DNA of 32,000 bases. Origin: Candidatus Lokiarchaeum ossiferum. GTDB lineage: Archaea; Asgardarchaeota; Lokiarchaeia; Sigyniarchaeales; Promethearchaeaceae. A program made the position numbers and the translations under genes. The notes beneath the pieces were generated by a model. That model saw nothing but the letters and a program-made list of their open reading frames with translations, was not told the origin of the DNA and did not search any database. Location: positions 3,270,001 to 3,302,000 of the forward strand of contig CP104013.1 in assembly GCA_025839675.1 (NCBI GenBank), written 5' to 3'. Position 1 is the stretch's first letter. Each line of letters starts with the position of its first letter. This document shows, piece after piece, positions 16,789 to 23,976 of this stretch.

Positions 16789-19700
16789 TTAGCCTCGTAT
16801 TGTTGAAATAGTCATGAAATTTGAAGTAAATCTTCCATCTAATGGTTGGTTCGTACCATCAATGCTCATATAGAAACCTGTAGTTATTTCGAAATTAACA
16901 ATATAGGAAATTGCACTAGATTCAGAAACTAGATCAGTAAAGAAATGCTTCATTGTTATTTCTCCATTAAAATATTTCGCTGGATTCATTGTCAAATATC
17001 GTGAACCTAAATCAAAATCCCAAGAAAAATAGTTCCCTTGAATTGATTTTGTTAGAAAATTTGGTTGAAAAGCAGAAACCATCCCACCTCCAACATTTAA
17101 TGCGCCAACTAACTCGTCTAATGGCCCTAAGGGACCATCTGCTATATTACTACCGAATAGTAATAATAATTCAAAAATTGCATAGGCCTCTGTTCCGACG
17201 CTTGCATCATATTCATCACCAAGATTGATACCATCGGTCTCATAATTGATTTCAGCATCCCCTGAACTGGTCCTGGACACATCAAGGTCCAATGGATGTA
17301 CTGGAACACCATCAATAAGAATTCCCATTGATATGGTTAATCCTTGAAGATATGCCCACACATCGAAACCATTATAGTCTGGATGATTGATCTTCGTAGA
17401 TTCAACACCAGTTTGGAACCTTAAATCAACTTCTCCATTTGTAGCACTAAAATCATGAAAACCTCCATCTTCTTCAAGCAAACCCCAATCATATTGGAGA
17501 CCAAAATGACCTCCCAAATATCCAGAGCGAGGATCTGAACTGGAAAATTCGTGTTTGGGTCCAGCCGTCATATCATCATGTAAATTATAATAATTATTAT
17601 CAAGAAATTGATAGGTTGTTGGATTAGAATAGCAATTTTCATAATAATTAGAGATTTTTCCAAATTTGATGTTATCTACAAGAATATCTTGGGTTCCTTT
17701 AAAATAGAAACTTAAATAACTATACGAACTATCAGGAAGAACAGCTATCATAGGATAAGACACACGGCTTACCCCATCAATTCGAAAATCATAAGTATTG
17801 GTGTATCCATTCATTTCGACTTGAATGTTGTATAATGAATTCGGAGACAACTCTATTTGCTGAATTTTCTCACCTGTAGGAGTGAAAAAACCGATACTGT
17901 ATCCATAAAACTTTATAAATAGATTATAGTTCGTCTGAGGAATCATATTTGACCAGCCTAATTGTAACCACATTTCATCTATTCGAGTGCTTGTAAATAA
18001 ATCAAAGCTAATTACATTATTCTCAAAATTCTTTGAAGGATACACTTTTTTATTGAATCCCATAAATCCTTCAGACACATGGACCTTTAAGGCTTTTGAA
18101 GATTCTGTACCAAAGCCAACAGAATCTGCAACTACTTCAGTATATTGGTTTGAATTTTCTGAGAAACTAATTTCCCATCCATCTGGATTTGATCCGATGC
18201 TATCATATTCAAAATGTCCAATATTCCAGCTTAAATCACCTCTGTCGTACCCATTTTTAGGATCTGTTTTAAAAATTTTCACTTCTAATCCATCATTGAA
18301 CCCATCCTCATCCGAATCAGCATCCATCGGGTCGGTACCCAAGGCAATTTCTTCCCCATCTAAAAGTCCGTCATCATCCGAATCAGAATCTAAAGGATCC
18401 AATCTATTTGATGAAATAATCACATTATCTAGGTAAGTACTATATCCAGAATAACTGTTATAAGTTTCAAAAACAACACGTGAAATATAGGAAGCAGGTG
18501 AATAAAAAGCAAGATTTGAACCTATAGAGGAGGAACCTAGGAAAACCGAAAATGTATCCGTTGCAGTATCCCAACTGATTTTGAGATCTTTTTTCCATTC
18601 ATTACTCGCAATATTTTCCAACAAATGCCAAGAAGATCCGTCGTGATACTGCAGCCCATTATGGCCTCCATAACTTACAATTGCCATTAGAATTGCATTT
18701 GAACTACCTTGCCGTAAGAGTATATAAGTTATTTTCGCAGTATCAGTGGACATAATATCAAAAATCATTGATCCTTTTGTAGTATATTCAAAATTTTCAT
18801 AAATACCTGCAGAACCTGTTCCATGATCATACAATATAGCAGTATCATCATTCGGCCATGCTCCTGATCCAACGATGCATCCAGACCCTTGAATTTTCGT
18901 CCATCCTCCAAAAGGATTTTCATTCGCAGGGAATTCCCAAGAATTTAACTCGCGATTTCCATTTATATATGAAAATTCCACACAATCGCTTAATCCATCG
19001 TTGTCAGAATCAGAATTTGTTGGATCAGTATGTTCTCTAATTATAACATCGTCCACGTAGGCAGAATAACCGGTTTGGCTACTATAGGTTTGGAACTGCA
19101 TTCGAGAAATGGAGCTGACAGGATTATAGAAATCAAGGTTTTCAAATTTTTCTCCCGAATCTGGAAAATATATATTACAGGTGTCTGATAAGGTGTTCCA
19201 TGATATCTTGATAGATAACCAATCAGTATAGCTACATTCTTTCAACAAATTCCATTGGGTACCATCATGATATTGTATGCCATCTCCTTCTGCTGTACGA
19301 TAATTTGCCATTAATATCGCATTTGTGCTTCCTTGCTTCAAGAGAATATAGGTTAATTTAAAATTCGCATCAGTCCTGAATTCGAACTCCGCTGAACCAG
19401 AAATTAAGGAAGAATCAAAATTAGCATAAATTCCAGCGGTTCCCGTGCCATAATCATAAAGGCGAACGGCATTTGGATACGGCGTATTAACGCTATCTAC
19501 CACTGCACAACCGGATCCTGTAACGATGTTCCAATCCATCCCTAAGTCATCATCTACGCCATTATCTGTAAAATCCCAATCATAGAGTAAATTACTTCCT
19601 CCGATTCCACACATCTCATCAAAATCGGTCAATCCATCCCCGTCAGTATCGAAATCCTGTTCATAAAGAATTTCCATTTCCTCTTCAGAGAATGCTCTAT

Positions 19701-20388
19701 TAAACAAACCAATTTCATCAATTTTTCCATCAAACCATCGATTATCAGCTGATCGATAGGTTCCGATATTCATGCTAGTAATCGGTTCTAAAGATCCACC
19801 TGTGGAGACTTGTCCTTCCAATTGACCGTTTAAATATAATTTAAATCCATTGGTAGTATCTTTCTGATAAGTTGCCGCTAATTGATACCACTGGTTTGGA
19901 ACAATTATTGTGGTTCCTGAAGCGACTCGCGTACTTGAATCTCTAAGATATCCTTTTGCAATGGGTGTTGGACCTTTTTCGATGCATATCGAAATGGACC
20001 ACAATGGGGTTGTTTCTAATATAAAGCGCCTACCTTCTAATCCCCCTCCTCCTCCATCCCATTTAAACCATGCGGAGATTGTATATTCTGTAGAACCATC
20101 GGGAAGAGTCTTATGTGGCACCGAAACATAATCATTGGAACCATCAAAATTATAACAAGAACTTGATCTTCCCAACCGATCGGTGGCAGGGGTTGCACCA
20201 TGAAAAACACCATTAAAATCGTTTACAGGCTCATTAGCATTTCCATCCAAATCCCACCGCGCATATAGATCATCAGCATAAGATAGAAGAGCGGAACTTG
20301 GTTGTAGAAATTGTTGAATAGTTAAGGGTAAGCACAAACATATCAACAAAGTGGCAGTAATTTTTGTTTTATATTTCATTTTTCTCAT
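16789..20388 (-). CDS. Giant secreted multidomain protein 4 (~1199 aa from ATG 20388; the ORF extends to TTG 20415): signal peptide, LamG_3-type domain, 2 tandem ~190-aa modules, TSP3-like repeats, a further module, ~300-aa C-terminal domain related to that of protein 1
   Basis: Long ORF. MRKMKYKTKITATLLICLCLPLTIQQFLQPSSALLSYA looks like a signal peptide. It has a textbook LamG segment and a tandem duplication (…VRLYDYGTGTAGIYANF…YILLKQGSTNAILMA…YHDGTQWNLL… and …AILYDHGTGSAGIYENF…YILLRQGSSNAILMA…YHDGSSWHLL…). TSP3 motifs lie at 19612-19656, 18973-19032 and 18259-18405. Confidence 0.9.
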   Translation of the reverse strand: MRKMKYKTKITATLLICLCLPLTIQQFLQPSSALLSYADDLYARWDLDGNANEPVNDFNGVFHGATPATDRLGRSSSCYNFDGSNDYVSVPHKTLPDGSTEYTISAWFKWDGGGGGLEGRRFILETTPLWSISICIEKGPTPIAKGYLRDSSTRVASGTTIIVPNQWYQLAATYQKDTTNGFKLYLNGQLEGQVSTGGSLEPITSMNIGTYRSADNRWFDGKIDEIGLFNRAFSEEEMEILYEQDFDTDGDGLTDFDEMCGIGGSNLLYDWDFTDNGVDDDLGMDWNIVTGSGCAVVDSVNTPYPNAVRLYDYGTGTAGIYANFDSSLISGSAEFEFRTDANFKLTYILLKQGSTNAILMANYRTAEGDGIQYHDGTQWNLLKECSYTDWLSIKISWNTLSDTCNIYFPDSGEKFENLDFYNPVSSISRMQFQTYSSQTGYSAYVDDVIIREHTDPTNSDSDNDGLSDCVEFSYINGNRELNSWEFPANENPFGGWTKIQGSGCIVGSGAWPNDDTAILYDHGTGSAGIYENFEYTTKGSMIFDIMSTDTAKITYILLRQGSSNAILMAIVSYGGHNGLQYHDGSSWHLLENIASNEWKKDLKISWDTATDTFSVFLGSSSIGSNLAFYSPASYISRVVFETYNSYSGYSTYLDNVIISSNRLDPLDSDSDDDGLLDGEEIALGTDPMDADSDEDGFNDGLEVKIFKTDPKNGYDRGDLSWNIGHFEYDSIGSNPDGWEISFSENSNQYTEVVADSVGFGTESSKALKVHVSEGFMGFNKKVYPSKNFENNVISFDLFTSTRIDEMWLQLGWSNMIPQTNYNLFIKFYGYSIGFFTPTGEKIQQIELSPNSLYNIQVEMNGYTNTYDFRIDGVSRVSYPMIAVLPDSSYSYLSFYFKGTQDILVDNIKFGKISNYYENCYSNPTTYQFLDNNYYNLHDDMTAGPKHEFSSSDPRSGYLGGHFGLQYDWGLLEEDGGFHDFSATNGEVDLRFQTGVESTKINHPDYNGFDVWAYLQGLTISMGILIDGVPVHPLDLDVSRTSSGDAEINYETDGINLGDEYDASVGTEAYAIFELLLLFGSNIADGPLGPLDELVGALNVGGGMVSAFQPNFLTKSIQGNYFSWDFDLGSRYLTMNPAKYFNGEITMKHFFTDLVSESSAISYIVNFEITTGFYMSIDGTNQPLDGRFTSNFMTISTIRG
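18259..18405 (-). repeat. Main TSP3-like Ca-binding repeat block of giant protein 4 (within CDS)
   Basis: Translation RLDPLDSDSDDDGLLDGEEIALGTDPMDADSDEDGFNDGLEVKIFKTDP. Confidence 0.8.
18301..18339 (-). repeat. GC-rich conserved DNA island, copy D (minus strand GGTACCGACCCGATGGATGCTGATTCGGATGAGGATGGG)
   Basis: About 4-5 mismatches to copy A (2321-2359), with the same position in the TSP3 linker. Confidence 0.8.
19660..20275 (-). other. Laminin-G_3 / concanavalin A-like lectin domain at the N-terminus of giant protein 4
   Basis: LYARWDLDGNANE...FHGATPATDRLGRSSSCYNFDGSNDYVSVPH...YTISAWFKWDG...NQWYQLAATYQKDTTNGFKLYLNGQLEG...NIGTYRSADNRWFDGKIDEIGLFNRAFSEEEME carries all the classic LamG_3 landmarks (FDGxxDYVxV, W, W-x-hydrophobic-A-x-TY, LYxNG, F-x-G-x-IDE-hydrophobic-x-hydrophobic-x-NRA-hydrophobic-S). 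Confidence 0.8.
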
Positions 20389-20469
20389 TTTTGAGTTGTT
20401 TTCTATTCTTATCAAAATGTAGTCAACATATTTTTCTAAGATTCTTGCAAATTTTGAGAAAAAATATAC

Positions 20470-20602
20470 TTCTTTTAATCATGTAGGCTTCAAAAATTAG
20501 TGACTACTTTGCATTTTGGTTTTGAACATATATATTATAGAAAAAAATCTATTTAAACTCGGTGGTGTTAGCAAAACTGACACAATCATGATCTTTTTAT
20601 AG
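20470..20602 (-). promoter_or_regulatory. Conserved upstream module, copy 4 (second subtype), in front of giant gene 4
   Basis: The minus strand reads CTATAAAAAGATCATGATTGTGTCAGTTTTGCTAACACCACCGAGTTTAAATAGATTTTTTT...CAAAACCAAAATGCAAAG. The first 22 nt differ from copy 1 at one position. Starts 214 nt upstream of ATG 20388. Confidence 0.55.
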
Positions 20603-20716
20603 ATTCCTAGAACACAAAATACGCAAGAAGTTATATTACAAGATGAAAAAAATAGAAAATTTCATAGATATAATGGATGGAGAATGGAAAAATCGGTTTT
20701 AACGATTTTTTTTGAA

Positions 20717-20832
20717 ATATTGAATGCCTACTCATAAAAAATAAAACCATAAATACTTCCTTATCGAAGTAATCACATACATTTTTGATGGAAAAGTTAC
20801 TTAAGTATGACACCGTATGGTGGGTTGACCAA
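20717..20832. repeat. Direct repeat, right copy (DR-R); also the promoter/5' region of gene 20832-21155
   Basis: See DR-L. DR-R ends in GACCAATG, whose ATG is the start codon at 20832. DR-L ends in GACCAATT and has no gene after it. Confidence 0.85.
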
Positions 20833-21155
20833 TGAAAATAAATCGATTCATAGATAGAAACGTTTCACGCATTAGCATCTTTGAAGAAATGGTGCGAAAC
20901 ATCAGTAAAGAGACAAATCTAAGCCGGGATTCTATCAGTTCGGTGGGAGAGGAGGCTTTAAGATCATGGGAAGAAGCGACAAATCGAGATCCTCAACGAT
21001 TATTTTTTCAAAGCAAAGAAGTAATTTTGGTAGAGATTGATAAGATGATTCAGGAATTTAGAGAGAAAATTACTCCGATGATAGATTCTGATGTTTCTAT
21101 CAAAAAAAGTGTAGATCTTTTCCAAGATTCGTTGGGTAAAATGTTTGAAATCTAA
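20832..21155 (+). CDS. Hypothetical small helical protein (107 aa)
   Basis: ATG-initiated ORF with a charged, helical-looking sequence. No family recognised. Confidence 0.5.
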   Translation: MKINRFIDRNVSRISIFEEMVRNISKETNLSRDSISSVGEEALRSWEEATNRDPQRLFFQSKEVILVEIDKMIQEFREKITPMIDSDVSIKKSVDLFQDSLGKMFEI

Positions 21156-21168
21156 TTTTTTAATTTCT

Positions 21169-21906
21169 TCAATTAATTTTACCCTTAGTATCTTTATCGT
21201 TTGAATAAAACGCTGGTATAATAAAACCCAATCCAATTATGATAAGAGTTCCGAATTCTATAAGTTCTCCAATCCATGTAAGACCCCATACTCCAGATCC
21301 AAGGTCTTGCCAAAAATTGCGAAGAAACTGTGAAACAGCAAATAAAAACCACCCAATCGACAGAAGGAGTGAATTAATCTGCGGAAATCGCTTATTATAA
21401 TTTATTATTGCGAAAGATATGATTGAAAGAATAATCACAGGAAACGCAACAATTTGATTTATCAGAAGCATATGTGCATAAGTTTTTGCAACCATTACTG
21501 ATGTGATACTCACAATGAACCAAAGAGAACTCAAAATTACCCTGAGCCTAGGTTTTTCATTTAACCAAATAATTGTCATTAGTATAAGATAAGGAAGAAC
21601 AACTAAAATTGGGCTAACGATGAACCGAATCCTAAAAAGTATCTCAATATAAATATCTTGAGTATAAATTTCATTAAGATTACTTACATTTTGGTACTTA
21701 ACATAAACATACATGTCAATCCCTTTTCCGATTGCGTAAATAATAAATGTAATTGCATTGAGGAAAGGAAAGTCTGAATAATAACGTTTTTCTTGGTGCA
21801 ACCAGTTAAAAAATAAATATCCAGAGATACAAAGAAGGGTTATTATTTTTAACCCGGTACAAAATAATAAAATGAAGAGATTAGATTCCATATAATATTT
21901 CACCAA
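21169..21906 (-). CDS. Integral membrane protein with ~7 predicted TM helices (the start may be ATG 21891 rather than TTG 21906)
   Basis: Seven hydrophobic ~20-25 aa stretches seen by eye (residues ~8-33, 46-69, 87-115, 121-143, 146-170, 177-199, 206-234), followed by a short basic C-terminal tail. Confidence 0.7.
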   Translation of the reverse strand: MVKYYMESNLFILLFCTGLKIITLLCISGYLFFNWLHQEKRYYSDFPFLNAITFIIYAIGKGIDMYVYVKYQNVSNLNEIYTQDIYIEILFRIRFIVSPILVVLPYLILMTIIWLNEKPRLRVILSSLWFIVSITSVMVAKTYAHMLLINQIVAFPVIILSIISFAIINYNKRFPQINSLLLSIGWFLFAVSQFLRNFWQDLGSGVWGLTWIGELIEFGTLIIIGLGFIIPAFYSNDKDTKGKIN

Positions 21907-22039
21907 TCACTTTCTCTACCAGAATATATAATCTTCTTGGATCTTGCTTTTTTCTAGACAGAAAATATTAAACATAAAATGAATTAAGATAAATATATTA
22001 AAAGCGCTTGATTCAAAAGCAAAAAAATGAGGGAAAACT

Positions 22040-22663
22040 ATGGCAATACTAGGCTTAATGGGAGCAATGAACGTAGGAAAAACCGCCGTCTTGAAAATGT
22101 TTGTCGATTATGTGGAAAAAAATAAAATTGGCAAAATAAAGGGTGGAATGGATTGTCAAATTGAGAAACAAGATTTTAAAGGAGAATCTGAGATTGAAGT
22201 TGATGGTGATGATGGATATTCTAAAACGATAACCCCTAATAAAGTCGTATTTACCGAAAATAAATCGGGAGCATCTCATACTTTGTTCGCACCAGGTGGT
22301 GACCGGGATCGAGCAGTCATTCGAATGGGAATTATTACAATTTCGCGAATAGCACGCCAAATTGTGGGATTATTTGCCTTAGATCAGCCATTAAAAGAGC
22401 AATTTAAGTTATATGATTTAATCCGTTATATGCCCAAAACAATCTATGTGTGTTTAAATAAATATGATTTGTTAGAAGGATCTGAAGATGACAAAGTGAA
22501 AAAAGTGGAAAGTATTAAATCAGAAATTGAAGCTTATTTCAAGAAACGAAGAATCACTGTCAAAGGCTTTTTCCAAACCTGTGCTATTGATAAACCCGAT
22601 TTTATCGATTATAATGATAATACTGCCCGAATGATTTTAGATTTAGCTCTAGGTCGAATTTAA
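22040..22663 (+). CDS. Small GTPase of the Ras-like/TRAFAC superfamily with a non-canonical G3 motif (MglA/CvnD/Rag-like flavour)
   Basis: G1 is GAMNVGKT; G2 candidate is T in KTITPN; G3 is FAPGGDRD (no DxxGQ); G4 is NKYD; G5 is TCA. Size is 207 aa. Confidence 0.75.
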   Translation: MAILGLMGAMNVGKTAVLKMFVDYVEKNKIGKIKGGMDCQIEKQDFKGESEIEVDGDDGYSKTITPNKVVFTENKSGASHTLFAPGGDRDRAVIRMGIITISRIARQIVGLFALDQPLKEQFKLYDLIRYMPKTIYVCLNKYDLLEGSEDDKVKKVESIKSEIEAYFKKRRITVKGFFQTCAIDKPDFIDYNDNTARMILDLALGRI

Positions 22664-22722
22664 TTTTTTCATTCTTTATTGTTTTTTTCAAATTACCTAT
22701 TAATGATTCTGGTTGAAATCCA

Positions 22723-23475
22723 ATGTCAGAAGAGATATCTCCACGTATAAATGAATTAAATAGTCTAAATGAGCAATTTTTCTTCTTAGGAACAATGCAC
22801 ATCGCTCAATCCAGTTCTGAAGCAGTCCAAAAAACCATTGAAGAATTGGATCTTGATTGTGTAATGATTGAACTAGATCAAATGCGATACCAAAGCCTAA
22901 TCGATGCATCTCAAAATGTAGAAAGCAATCCTTCTATATTAGAAGGAAAAAACATTTCAGATTCGAACAATTCTCATAAAAAAAAGGATTTTATGGAAAG
23001 TCTAAAAGAAATTCAAGAAAGTATTGGTAAGTTACTTGGAATTACACCGGGAATAGAAATGATCTCAGCGATTGAGACAGTGAAAAAACTTCAAATTCCC
23101 CTCCGTTTTATTGATCGCCCAATTCTAGATACTTTTCAAAGGATGCAAGATATTCACGAGGATGTGCAAAAGGAACAAGAAGATTTGCTTGAAAGTTTAG
23201 AAGAAAATTCAATTGATTCTAATTCATCTGAAATACAAGACTTGATGGAAGAAATGCAAAAACCAGGATTTTTGGCCGAACTGATCGAAGATTTTAAGAA
23301 AAATTATCCCAATATTGCAACTGTCTTATTGACCGAGCGAAATGAATATATGGTGGATCAAATAATGGAATATTATCAAAACCACCCAAATCATCGCATT
23401 TTAATTGTGACAGGAGCAGGACACACCCAAGAAATGTTTTTGATGGTTCAAAAAAATCTTCCTGTCAAACCTTGA
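22723..23475 (+). CDS. TraB/PrgY/GumN-family protein (TRABD-like)
   Basis: The N-terminal FFFLGTMHIAQSSSEAVQKTIEELDLDCVMIELDQMRYQSL (GT-x-H...S...V-x-hydrophobic-ELD..R) and the C-terminal LLTERNEYMVDQI...ILIVTGAGHTQ (ER-[DN]-x-[YF]-M ... V-x-G-A-G-H) are the hallmark TraB motifs. Confidence 0.8.
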   Translation: MSEEISPRINELNSLNEQFFFLGTMHIAQSSSEAVQKTIEELDLDCVMIELDQMRYQSLIDASQNVESNPSILEGKNISDSNNSHKKKDFMESLKEIQESIGKLLGITPGIEMISAIETVKKLQIPLRFIDRPILDTFQRMQDIHEDVQKEQEDLLESLEENSIDSNSSEIQDLMEEMQKPGFLAELIEDFKKNYPNIATVLLTERNEYMVDQIMEYYQNHPNHRILIVTGAGHTQEMFLMVQKNLPVKP

Positions 23476-23533
23476 TAAACACGTAAAATTTTATTTCCTA
23501 TCCCATCACATTAAATTAATTAAGTGACGAAAA

Positions 23534-23959
23534 ATGGGAAAATTAAGTTTTAATATTGTAGGGTTACAAGAATTTATCATTTCTTTTGAAGATTATTGTG
23601 TGACTTGTGAATATCAAGCAAAATGCAAGTATGGAAAAGCAGCCCCCTTTCAAGTAAGTATCGATTGTAAAGAAATAACAACTGCTTTAGATTTCAAGAA
23701 AGCGGAAGCGATGGAAAAGCTGGGGAAAAAGCATCCAGAATGGGATTGGGATAAACGCGAACAAAAAGCAAAAGTATCTAAAGCGCAAATCTTCTCGAAA
23801 TTGTGGAACGATAAAGTAAAAAATTTAAAAGACGATATTTTATGCATGGATAGCCGAAAATTGGATAGTATGCTTACAAGTCAAAGGGGAGAAGAATGGT
23901 GGAGTGACTTTCGAGAAGTTATGACAGAAATCGATCAAGAATGTTCTAAAATCTGTTAG
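23534..23959 (+). CDS. Hypothetical protein (141 aa), Cys-containing N-terminal segment
   Basis: ORF in an operon-like position, 17 nt upstream of the C69 peptidase gene. Contains CVTCEYQAKC and a C-terminal CSKIC. No family recognised. Confidence 0.5.
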   Translation: MGKLSFNIVGLQEFIISFEDYCVTCEYQAKCKYGKAAPFQVSIDCKEITTALDFKKAEAMEKLGKKHPEWDWDKREQKAKVSKAQIFSKLWNDKVKNLKDDILCMDSRKLDSMLTSQRGEEWWSDFREVMTEIDQECSKIC

Positions 23960-23976
23960 GAGAAAGAGAATCTATC

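Noticed and set aside
20631-20813. 60-aa minus-strand ORF upstream of gene 20832.
   Set aside because: It lies across direct repeat DR-R and the promoter region, has an A/T-driven Phe/Ile/Lys composition, and the DR-L copy does not preserve the frame.
16585-20832. Reading the ~100-bp direct repeats as the target-site duplication of a transposon, or as attL/attR of an integrated provirus.
   Set aside because: No transposase, integrase, terminal inverted repeats or phage-like genes lie between the repeats, and 100 bp is too long for a TSD. It is kept only as a cassette bracketed by homologous repeats.
22055-22909. Antisense ORFs 22055-22360, 22602-22802 and 22700-22909 overlapping the GTPase and TraB genes.
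   Set aside because: The sense-strand genes carry unambiguous family motifs, and the antisense translations are low-complexity.
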